DNA of 14,586 bases from Candidatus Hermodarchaeota archaeon (GTDB lineage Archaea; Asgardarchaeota; Thorarchaeia; Thorarchaeales; Thorarchaeaceae): positions 1-14,586 of the forward strand of contig JBHLLF010000057.1 of the NCBI GenBank assembly GCA_048885865.1, read 5' to 3'. A program made the position numbers and the translations under genes. Each line of letters opens with the position of its first letter. Position 1 is the stretch's first letter. Below are positions 1-7,501 of the stretch, in pieces. The notes beneath the pieces are model-generated. The model was not told where the DNA came from. It ran no database searches and was given only the letters and a program-made list of their open reading frames with translations.

Positions 1-10
1 TGTCTGTTTT

Positions 11-22
11 GAAACTTTAATA
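11..22 (+). promoter_or_regulatory. Putative archaeal BRE/TATA promoter of the metallophosphoesterase gene
   Basis: GAAAC-TTTAATA, a purine-rich BRE followed by a TATA-like box, about 50 nt upstream of the ATG at 70. Confidence 0.55.
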
Positions 23-69
23 TCCTTGTTTAACATGTCTGATTCCATTCGTATTGCAGAGCCATCAGA

Positions 70-765
70 ATGAAAATACTAGCGGTCGCAGACGTACATA
101 GTCCTCGGTTTCACGAAGAGTTCAAAATAGAGCTCTCCATGCATTCTAAGCCTGACATATTCCTCATGGCTGGTGACATGATAAACCGAGGCAGTGCTGA
201 CGAAATTGTTCGAGTTCTTGATACAATAGAAGATACCCTTGGGGTTGACTTCCCCATCATAGGCTGTTTTGGAAATGAAGAATATGCTGAGATTCGTAAA
301 CACCTCGTAGGCCTTGTTGAGGGAAGAATGACCTTTCTTGATGAACAATATTCTTCAGTGAAATCAGACGGCAAGATGATTGGTATCGTAGGTACACAAG
401 GTTCTCTTGACAAAGCAACTACATGGCAGAGGCACAACATACCTTCTATAAAGAGGGTGTTCGAGAGACGTGCAGCCAGAGCGTCAACCCTTCTAAAGGG
501 TCTTATGAAAAAGGTGGACCACACGATTCTTCTCATGCACTACAGCCCCTGCCTAGAGACCTGCGAAGGCGAAGAAACTAAGGCCTTTGCTTGGCTAGGG
601 AGCAGGAAGTTCTATAGTGTGGTTGAGAAGCGTCAGCCAGATCTGGTCATTCATGGACATGTCCACAACGCCTCGAAACATGAGGCTGTCATAGGACGCA
701 CGCTTGTTCGAAACGTATCCCTTCCCGCAGTAGGCAAGATTACCGAGCTCAACCTTTGGAGCTAG
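70..765 (+). CDS. Calcineurin-like metallophosphoesterase (Icc-related)
   Basis: All five motif blocks are in order: ADVH (DxH), AGDM (GD), FGNEE (variant of GNH[DE]), MHYSP and HGHVH (GHxH); 231 aa. Confidence 0.9.
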   Translation: MKILAVADVHSPRFHEEFKIELSMHSKPDIFLMAGDMINRGSADEIVRVLDTIEDTLGVDFPIIGCFGNEEYAEIRKHLVGLVEGRMTFLDEQYSSVKSDGKMIGIVGTQGSLDKATTWQRHNIPSIKRVFERRAARASTLLKGLMKKVDHTILLMHYSPCLETCEGEETKAFAWLGSRKFYSVVEKRQPDLVIHGHVHNASKHEAVIGRTLVRNVSLPAVGKITELNLWS

Positions 766-767
766 TT

Positions 768-1196
768 CTACGGATATGCATGCCCAGTTACTTTGAGTAC
801 CGGCTCGAACTTGTATCCATATACAATGACGCCTGCATCACCATGTTGAGTGATCTTTCGGAAACATGCCCTAACTCTCATTCCGATCTTGACTTCATCC
901 AAATCGACATTGACAATTTGAGCTGTAACTCGTGCTCCTTCGTCCAGCTCCACTTGCGCTACTACATAGGGTACTTGGCGTTTGAAATCTTCAGGTGCTT
1001 GGCGTACAACGGCAAATGTGTGAATCTTGCCAAGCCCCTTGAACTTGTGGTTCTCCAGTACTCCTTTTCTCCTGCAAGTTGGACAGACTGGTCTAGGTGG
1101 AAAGTAGAATGTATCACATGTCTTGCAGTGATTGCCTTCAATGTTGTATATAGACCGAATTCTTCTCCAGACCTGTGCCACTCCATGTGTTGCCAT
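768..1196 (-). CDS. DUF35 family Zn-ribbon/OB-fold protein, scaffold subunit of the archaeal thiolase/HMG-CoA synthase complex
   Basis: CKTC..FPPRPVCPTC zinc ribbon followed by an OB-fold (PYVVAQVELDEG..VKIGMRV..YGYKF). It lies directly downstream of the thiolase, with an RBS (GGAGGT) overlapping the thiolase 3' end. Confidence 0.93.
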   Translation of the reverse strand: MATHGVAQVWRRIRSIYNIEGNHCKTCDTFYFPPRPVCPTCRRKGVLENHKFKGLGKIHTFAVVRQAPEDFKRQVPYVVAQVELDEGARVTAQIVNVDLDEVKIGMRVRACFRKITQHGDAGVIVYGYKFEPVLKVTGHAYP

Positions 1197-1203
1197 TTTC
1201 TAT

Positions 1204-2364
1204 CTACCTCCCTAGGATGTGGACAATCGATGTTGCCCCAGTCCCTCCAATGTTGACAGCGAGTCCTTTTTCCGCGCCATCAACCTGTCTTCCTCCACCC
1301 TGTCCTCGCAGTTGGAGTGTGAGTTCCACAATCTGTGCAACTCCCGTCGCGCCTATCGGATGGCCACGTGCCTTGAGGCCGCCAGAGGTATTCACTGGGA
1401 ATTTCCCTCCAATCTCAGTTAAGCCATCACTCAATGCTTGGCCGCCCTTGCCTTTTTCCACAATACCCACATCTTCTGTGAGGGTTATCTCACCAATCGT
1501 GAAGCTATCATGAAGTTCGAAGACATCGATGTCATTTACTTCCATTTTTGCCCTCTTCATTGCTTCTCGTGATGATTTGACCACTGCATCCATGGTGCAA
1601 ATATCTCTTCTATCATGAAGTGCTAGAGTGTCACTGGCTTGTGTGGAAGCTTCAATATATACAGGGGTGTCTGTGAACTCTTTTGCTCTATCCTCTGTAC
1701 ACATAATGAGTCCAGCTGCACCATCTGTCACGGGAGAAGAATGAAGAACTCGCAGTGGATCTGCGAGCATACCTGAGCCCATGACCACCTTGAGCGGCAC
1801 CGGACGCTGGAATTGAGCATATGGATTGTGAGCAGCATTTGCATGATTCTTAACAGTTGGTAGGCTAAGCTGCTCCTCGGTCGTTCCAAACTCCTGCATA
1901 TGACGTCGAGCTATAAATGCATAGAGTGCTGGAAAAGTCGCTCCAAACATGCCCTCCCATTCCCAGTCGCCAGCAACACTTATGGTGTTCATCGCGTCTG
2001 TCTGGTTAACATCACTCATCTTCTCTGTCCCAAGAACCATCATGACATCGTGTTCGCCAGAACGGATTGCCATGTACGCCTGTCTTACTGCGGCTCCTCC
2101 GCTGGCACAGGCTGCTTCAACACTGTAAGCAGGGACTCCGCCCAAGCCGCCAGCGTCAACTGCAAGGGCGCCAAGATGCTCTTGCCCGGTGAACCTCCCT
2201 GCACTCATGTTTCCTATGCAGACTGCTCCAATGTCAGCTCCGCGAACACCTGAGTCGAAGATAGCCACCATAGCCGCTTCGAGAGTGATATCACGGATAC
2301 TCTGCTCCCATAGTTCTCCGAATTGACTGAGTCCTACACCAACAATAGCTACTCGATTTCCCAT
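1204..2364 (-). CDS. Acetyl-CoA acetyltransferase (acetoacetyl-CoA thiolase, archaeal SCP2-like type)
   Basis: Nucleophilic Cys in VEAACASGG, plus KNHANAAHNPYAQF, SPVTDGAA, ELHDSF and VNTSGGLKARGHPIGATG. It sits between HMGCS and DUF35, with RBS GAGGTGA 4 nt before the ATG. Confidence 0.95.
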   Translation of the reverse strand: MGNRVAIVGVGLSQFGELWEQSIRDITLEAAMVAIFDSGVRGADIGAVCIGNMSAGRFTGQEHLGALAVDAGGLGGVPAYSVEAACASGGAAVRQAYMAIRSGEHDVMMVLGTEKMSDVNQTDAMNTISVAGDWEWEGMFGATFPALYAFIARRHMQEFGTTEEQLSLPTVKNHANAAHNPYAQFQRPVPLKVVMGSGMLADPLRVLHSSPVTDGAAGLIMCTEDRAKEFTDTPVYIEASTQASDTLALHDRRDICTMDAVVKSSREAMKRAKMEVNDIDVFELHDSFTIGEITLTEDVGIVEKGKGGQALSDGLTEIGGKFPVNTSGGLKARGHPIGATGVAQIVELTLQLRGQGGGRQVDGAEKGLAVNIGGTGATSIVHILGR

Positions 2365-2373
2365 ATGATCACC

Positions 2374-3417
2374 TCACCCAAGTGCAACAATCTTCCTTCG
2401 ATATTTCGCGTAGACAGAATAGCTGACGTACGTCTTTCTCGCAATATAATCATCCACAGTTGGGACCTCGCCTCTCCGGCTCTCAATCTCTTCCTCTACT
2501 TTGATTGAAAATGCATCACTTCCTGCTCCAGAGCCATAAGCCACCATGAACACCTTTGAGCCAGGGTCAGCAATGTCCAATATCCTTGCTAATCCCATCA
2601 TAGCTGAGCCAGAGTATGTGTTACCAATCTGCTCGACAACTAGACTATCTTGCAGTTTCTCTGGAGGCACTCCTAGCTGGTTACCCATAGCAATTGGAAA
2701 TTTCCCATTAGGCATATGAAATACGAAATAGTCATAGTCCTCGACAGTTGTCTTGGTCTTCTTCAGCAGGGATTTCGCCCCAGCACCGACATGGCGGAAA
2801 TATGCTGGTTCCCCAGTGAACCGTGCACCGTGACTTGGGAAATCTTCACCCTCTCTCCGCCAGAAGTCTGGGGTGTCAGTCGTAAATGAAACCGTTTCCT
2901 CGATTGTTGCAACGGGATTCTTTTTGCCAATCAAAAATGCTGCGCCACCTGCAGCGGCTGAATACTCAAGGGCATCGCCTGGACGACCCTGTGCCGTGTC
3001 AGAACCAATCGCCAATCCAACCTTGATCATATTTGAGTCAACTAACCCCATGCATGTCTGGACTGCTGCAGTTCCAGCCTTGCATGCAAACTCAAAATCC
3101 GCACAAGTGATGTCGTGTGTACATCCAATAGCTTCAGCAACAATTGTGCCCGTGGGCTTGACGGCGTAGGGATGTGACTCTGAGCCTACATAGACCGCCC
3201 CGATATCAATAGGATTGACTCCTCCATGCTTCACAGCGTTACGCGCGGCTTCCACAGAAATCGTAGCCACATCTTCATCCGGTCCTGGTACTGACTTCTC
3301 AAACACACCAAGACCCTTGGCAAGCTTGGGGCCATCTTCACCCCAGACTTCTGCGATATCTTCAGTCTTAATGCGATAGCGTGGTACGTAGACTCCATAG
3401 CCAACAATGCCTACCAT
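2374..3417 (-). CDS. mvaS: Hydroxymethylglutaryl-CoA synthase (archaeal type)
   Basis: Catalytic Glu in [11 protein letters not shown], Cys in FACKAGT and His in FHMPNGKFP, plus GNTYSGS and [10 protein letters not shown]; 347 aa; canonical operon with thiolase and DUF35. Confidence 0.96.
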   Translation of the reverse strand: MVGIVGYGVYVPRYRIKTEDIAEVWGEDGPKLAKGLGVFEKSVPGPDEDVATISVEAARNAVKHGGVNPIDIGAVYVGSESHPYAVKPTGTIVAEAIGCTHDITCADFEFACKAGTAAVQTCMGLVDSNMIKVGLAIGSDTAQGRPGDALEYSAAAGGAAFLIGKKNPVATIEETVSFTTDTPDFWRREGEDFPSHGARFTGEPAYFRHVGAGAKSLLKKTKTTVEDYDYFVFHMPNGKFPIAMGNQLGVPPEKLQDSLVVEQIGNTYSGSAMMGLARILDIADPGSKVFMVAYGSGAGSDAFSIKVEEEIESRRGEVPTVDDYIARKTYVSYSVYAKYRRKIVALG

Positions 3418-3477
3418 TTACACTCTCTCCATTCGATTCGTGAATTGTCGAATTATATTACGTCATTTTAGGTGGAA

Positions 3478-3490
3478 CTTAAACTCTTCG
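3478..3490 (-). promoter_or_regulatory. Putative BRE/TATA promoter of the HMGCS-thiolase-DUF35 operon
   Basis: The minus strand reads CGAAGAG-TTTAAG about 60 nt upstream of the HMGCS ATG. A purine-rich RBS-like GGAGAGAGTG lies just before the ATG. Confidence 0.5.
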
Positions 3491-3719
3491 TTATCGAGCC
3501 TCTTAAGAACGTTATTGAAGGGCCCTATTCTTGTCACGACTATCACCGAATGTCGTTCATCAGTTCGGTTGATGCCGATAATAGCGTCTTCTGCCCTGCT
3601 ATTTATGAATACCGTTAATACATCTTGGTCTGTTGAAAAAGCAAAACAGTAATGACGACAAGTTGCAGAGCGAATTAAGGCTATAAGCGCAAACAGTCGA
3701 GTAATGCTAGGCGAGTACA

Positions 3720-3908
3720 ATGTCAACCTTGAGCACAAAATACAAGCGTGTAACTGTGGAGGAGACTAAGACAGCAAGACAACTCCTTGAAGAACTGAAT
3801 CTTTCTACCGATCATGTAGTACTTGTCGAAGGGAAACGCATGGAGCTTGATGACCTACTCGATGAAAACACACTAGTCATTGTACTCCCGCTTATTGCAG
3901 GTGGATGA
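3720..3908 (+). CDS. ThiS/MoaD/SAMP family ubiquitin-like (beta-grasp) protein
   Basis: 62 aa with the pattern T-x-x-x-LL-x-x-L-x-L...VVLVEG...L.E...VIVLPLIAGG. It ends in the diagnostic Gly-Gly followed by TGA TGA. Confidence 0.88.
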   Translation: MSTLSTKYKRVTVEETKTARQLLEELNLSTDHVVLVEGKRMELDDLLDENTLVIVLPLIAGG

Positions 3909-3942
3909 TGTATCCAGCTATGCTTCAGTCTTCAGTTGCTTC

Positions 3943-5283
3943 TTATCTGTGAATTCCTAAGTCTGAGGCCATGGTATAGAGAATCTCCTGTGCCTTTGCT
4001 CTGTGTTCTTTTCTTGGGATGCCAGCCATCTCTTTCACATTTTCATTCAGACTTTTCATCAGGATTCGACTAGAGCCAGAGCTATACTGCGTCGCCTTCT
4101 TTGGTGTGGCATGGATGCTCTCCGGCAGCCCAAGCCGCTGCGCGAGTTCCCTAAAAATGACCTTTCTCTCGGGCTGTTCGCCCAAGCGGACTTTCCATCT
4201 TGAGGGAATGCCAAGCGCCAATTCAATGAACGTCGTGGAGAGATATGGGAAATAGGACTCAACACCATGGGCTGCAATGGCTCTATCATCTCTCTCTATG
4301 TTGGTTTCGTGAGTCGTTGCTACTTCCTGCAATAGCTTTGCATCAAGGGCATCTTCCCCCTCCTCCTCGAAGATTTTTACATGTCTGGCATAGCCAGCAA
4401 ATAGCTCATCAGGTCCTTGTCCGGACAATACAAGTGAAATACCGTTGTTGGACGCCTGACTAGATGCAAGATAGAATGGTAGAGCAATCTCCACATCCAT
4501 TAGATTGGCACTCTCAATGGAGTACATGAGATGCGGTAGGATTTCCCACACCACATCCGAGTTGATTTCCACAGTATTGAGATTCATTCCAAGGGCATCT
4601 GCCGCGCTAGCTGCTGCAATACGGTCGTGAAATGGTGCTGATGAAGCGGAGTAGAGCTGCACATCCATGCATGTTTCTTTTGCAAGCAGAGCAACAAGTG
4701 AGCTATCGACTCCGCCTGAAAAAAGGACTCCAACACGCCGCCCTCTAATCCGCGTAAACGATGATCGCAACGCAATTTCTAAGCGTCTGATTATCTCGTC
4801 GCGTGGAATATCTTGGATGTCGGATAGGAGATATTTCTTTGCTTCCTCGTTAACAGTTATATCCTCAATTCCCGTTATCTTGAGGCTTTGCCCTGGCTGG
4901 AGTGAAGTGGCATTCTTAATTCCAGCTTCCCAAAGAGCCTTCCTTTCACTGGAGAAGAGTATGGCTTCGCCTGTTCTGGCATAATAAAGCGGTTTCATCG
5001 AGAAGAGCCGTCGCTTTATCTCAACTCCTTCATGATTCACCGACATGAATAGTGAATCTGCTTGTTCTCCTCCCACAACAATCAGAATTCTCTCTAGGTC
5101 CTCCTTGATGATGAGTGATTCAAGTGGGAGTGTTCTAGTTCTGATGATGACGAGGTAATCACTATTCATTGTTAGACGGGATGTTCTAGCAACTCCTCTG
5201 TGTGATAGCTTTTCGGACATTCTCTCTACTAAATCTAGAGCTTCTTCTATTCTATCTGAAATTACACCAGCTATACCTACCAT
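3943..5283 (-). CDS. Asparagine synthetase B-like protein (ATP pyrophosphatase domain intact, N-terminal glutaminase domain degenerate)
   Basis: PP-loop FSGGVDSS, plus LSGQGPDELFAGY, ERDDR..FPYL and PKKATQYSSG. The N-terminus MVGIAG..HRG aligns with the AsnB MCGIAG..HRGPD pattern but lacks the Cys and the NGEIYN motif. Confidence 0.85.
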   Translation of the reverse strand: MVGIAGVISDRIEEALDLVERMSEKLSHRGVARTSRLTMNSDYLVIIRTRTLPLESLIIKEDLERILIVVGGEQADSLFMSVNHEGVEIKRRLFSMKPLYYARTGEAILFSSERKALWEAGIKNATSLQPGQSLKITGIEDITVNEEAKKYLLSDIQDIPRDEIIRRLEIALRSSFTRIRGRRVGVLFSGGVDSSLVALLAKETCMDVQLYSASSAPFHDRIAAASAADALGMNLNTVEINSDVVWEILPHLMYSIESANLMDVEIALPFYLASSQASNNGISLVLSGQGPDELFAGYARHVKIFEEEGEDALDAKLLQEVATTHETNIERDDRAIAAHGVESYFPYLSTTFIELALGIPSRWKVRLGEQPERKVIFRELAQRLGLPESIHATPKKATQYSSGSSRILMKSLNENVKEMAGIPRKEHRAKAQEILYTMASDLGIHR

Positions 5284-5296
5284 TACAAAAGCGACG

Positions 5297-5313
5297 CTCC
5301 TTCTTTCGAGGAG
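5297..5313 (-). promoter_or_regulatory. Stem-loop (GAAA tetraloop) covering the likely RBS of the AsnB-like gene; possible terminator or attenuator
   Basis: The minus strand reads CTCCT-C-GAAA-G-A-AGGAG, followed by CGTCGCTTTTGTA and the ATG. Confidence 0.35.
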
Positions 5314-5346
5314 GCAAGATGCAATGCTGAGCGATTCTTCTAGTGT

Positions 5347-5766
5347 TCACTCGCCAACAGGCACCTGCTCAAGCACGACTTTCTGAACTCCGGTGATTCC
5401 GTTTAGGAATCCATCAAGGTCCTTTACAGTCACAGCAAGCTGCTGCGGGGTGAAATAGCATTCATAATAGCATTGGTCAGCCGCTTGACATATGCCGCTC
5501 GTGAATAGAATATCATCAAGTCCTGCCTTCATGAAGATTGTAGTTAGTTCCTCGAGGAAGCTTTTGCTTAGCTTCTCAATCTCCAGCTTGAGGTACATCA
5601 CAACCTCACTGTCAACCGGATAGAGCTTAACATTCTTGTCTTTCATCACTAGAATGGCAAGACCGAATGGCTGCTTTATTCCATCAACAAATTCCTTTGG
5701 AAGCGTGACAACGTTTCCAGTATTAATCTCGAGGACCCTTGCTCTTGTCATGTCGGCTTCTTTCAA
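5347..5766 (-). CDS. Hypothetical protein, probable AbrB/SpoVT-like swapped-hairpin domain fused to an ACT-like domain (putative regulator)
   Basis: N-terminal INTGNVVTLPKEF...VKLYP resembles the AbrB-type G-x-I-T-I-P-K-E pattern, and the C-terminal part has an ACT-like beta-alpha-beta-beta-alpha-beta pattern. The start is placed at TTG 5766 because GAGGGTGA lies 4 nt upstream, the same spacing as the thiolase RBS. ATG 5751 is an alternative start. Confidence 0.65.
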   Translation of the reverse strand: MKEADMTRARVLEINTGNVVTLPKEFVDGIKQPFGLAILVMKDKNVKLYPVDSEVVMYLKLEIEKLSKSFLEELTTIFMKAGLDDILFTSGICQAADQCYYECYFTPQQLAVTVKDLDGFLNGITGVQKVVLEQVPVGE

Positions 5767-5837
5767 TTTCTCACCCTCTGGGTACACGAGCAGAAGTGAG
5801 CGCTCTCAATTTATCTCTTACGGGCAGGCCAAAATCA

Positions 5838-7421
5838 TCATCTTTTCCGGAACCAAGAGCGCAATTTTGCTATGGCAGCAGGTTCTGGACGTTCAACTTC
5901 ATGAAGCTTCCACAAATCTTCCTCAGATCCATCAAACTCTAGGAACGCAACTCCACCTTCTGATCGTAAATGTTCCATTTCTTGGAGTTTACTCAGAAGC
6001 CATGCCTTTCTGGATACTGGCATTCTAGCAGTTGCAAGGTCAAATATATGCGGATGGATGTCAAAGACCAGTGCTCTCTCACTCAGATACTCTAGCGCAC
6101 CATCCTCCAGGGTCTTGCTAATCTTTTCCCTATTCGTGAAAAATGATGCCGCCACTGACATATTCGGGTACTTCTCAGGAAGGTTCATAGCGAATTTGAA
6201 AGACTTTCTGAATTTGGAAAGATGCGTAGCTGCATCAAGAATGAGTATGGTTTCTGGCTTGCCTTCAAACTCCTCTTCTGACATCTCGATGTCAGATTTC
6301 AGCTCAATGTCCTGCTGCTCTATGACTTCTTGGATGAGCTGATCTGTTACCGGCGGGAGGTCGCTATCTTTGATCTCCGTCAAATCCTCGTATTCCATAG
6401 GAATCTCGTCAAACTCCTCTTCTTTCTTCCTACCCCTCTTAACATCGGGTTGAGGTTCTCTTTTGGGTCGTCTGTGTAGTGGAATGTACCCTACCTCTTC
6501 AACTAGGTGTTGAAGAATTAGCGGAAGAAAGAGATCATAGAGCGTGCCTCTCGTTTCAAGAATGAGCAGTACCGGTGTATAGTTCGAAACCGATTCAATA
6601 AGACCTGATTGATAATCATCATCAATTACGAAGAACTCCTCAAGATTCTCCCTGGAGTAACCCTCTTCGACGCGCTTGGTCCAGTCTGCATAGACATCCT
6701 TGACTTCCTGTTTTCTCCTGTCACGCACTAGACTCATGAACTTCCCGAGATATTTAACACCTCGAGACACAGCAGTAGTCGGGCTAATGAACACTGTCAT
6801 GAGTCCAACTGCTTCTCCAGCGTATTCACTTGCTTCTGCATCGCGCATCTTGCCCATCACTTCCTCCGTCAGAGAGGGCGGGCCAAGCTTCTCAACAAGA
6901 ACCTCTATCATCCCTTGTACGTCCTCAAAAGAGGCATCCCCCGGTCCAATTCGTTCTCCAACCGGCGACGCATCGGAGAGGACTTCAGCGAAAACGTTTG
7001 GGCGTTTGATGAGCCACTTGAGAGGGATTTTCAGGGATGTGTAGTCATGGAGCCACGTCCTGTCTGAATCCTTGAGACCAAAATAGAATTTGGTCGACTC
7101 TGGAAATATGTCATCAAACTCCTCCATAAACTGGTCAAATCCCGATTTGCTACTAAGGCCCATCTCTCCCTTTTCCATCGCATCGACTACAAAGAGAAGG
7201 CCTTGTTCCTTCTTCTTCGCCTCACCTGCAAGGGCGAGCATAACCTGCTTTGGAGACAAGTATAGACGATCACTCTCTGCATAGGGTGCATCGAAGAATG
7301 AGAACACTCCCATTTTGCGCCATGGCTTTCCCGACAGGTCCTCCTTGACCAAATGTGAGAACCACTCAAATCCACGCTTGTACCTCGAAATGCTGTCATC
7401 ATCGGTTCCTGTAGTTGGCAT
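5838..7421 (-). CDS. Hypothetical protein, likely a catalytically inactive HerA/VirB4/FtsK-like P-loop fold protein
   Basis: Long ORF in the co-directional run. Motif remnants include LLFVVDAMEKGE (hhhhD..GE), LKIP, PETILILDAATHL (Walker B-like) and PEKYPNMSVAAS (compare GRKYG-x-x-hhh-S). The start is placed at ATG 7421, which has the RBS-like AAGGGTG 6 nt upstream. ATG 7472 is an alternative start. Confidence 0.7.
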   Translation of the reverse strand: MPTTGTDDDSISRYKRGFEWFSHLVKEDLSGKPWRKMGVFSFFDAPYAESDRLYLSPKQVMLALAGEAKKKEQGLLFVVDAMEKGEMGLSSKSGFDQFMEEFDDIFPESTKFYFGLKDSDRTWLHDYTSLKIPLKWLIKRPNVFAEVLSDASPVGERIGPGDASFEDVQGMIEVLVEKLGPPSLTEEVMGKMRDAEASEYAGEAVGLMTVFISPTTAVSRGVKYLGKFMSLVRDRRKQEVKDVYADWTKRVEEGYSRENLEEFFVIDDDYQSGLIESVSNYTPVLLILETRGTLYDLFLPLILQHLVEEVGYIPLHRRPKREPQPDVKRGRKKEEEFDEIPMEYEDLTEIKDSDLPPVTDQLIQEVIEQQDIELKSDIEMSEEEFEGKPETILILDAATHLSKFRKSFKFAMNLPEKYPNMSVAASFFTNREKISKTLEDGALEYLSERALVFDIHPHIFDLATARMPVSRKAWLLSKLQEMEHLRSEGGVAFLEFDGSEEDLWKLHEVERPEPAAIAKLRSWFRKR

Positions 7422-7501
7422 GCAATGCACCCTTGTAGCTGTAAACGGTGTCGTTTCTATTGAGTACCTCATATGTGCTGAGATAAACCTATTGACACAG
7501 A

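Noticed and set aside
756-1513. Cys-rich plus-strand ORFs (166 aa, 112 aa) and the other short opposite-strand ORFs throughout the track
   Set aside because: They are antisense shadows of well-supported genes with no independent coding signal.
3407-3738. Small ORFs 3407-3652 (+) and 3463-3738 (-)
   Set aside because: They have no recognisable motifs or clear RBS, and they overlap neighbouring gene starts and promoter candidates.
3903-3911. Selenocysteine or other read-through at the TGA after the Ubl Gly-Gly
   Set aside because: The tandem TGA TGA and the need for a free C-terminal GG indicate a true stop, and no SECIS-like element was recognised.
3720-5283. TtuA/TtuB-type tRNA thiolation pair (PP-loop enzyme plus ThiS-like carrier)
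   Set aside because: The PP-loop protein has AsnB-specific motifs (GxGxDELFAGY) and lacks the CxxC clusters of TtuA/Ncs6.
3943-5283. Lasso peptide biosynthetic cluster
   Set aside because: No transglutaminase-like leader peptidase, PqqD/RRE protein or precursor peptide was seen nearby. The PKKAxQY motif fits ordinary archaeal AsnB-like proteins.
3400-5283. HMGCS and the AsnB-like protein both start with MVGI
   Set aside because: The similarity covers only a few codons in unrelated folds and is best explained as coincidence.
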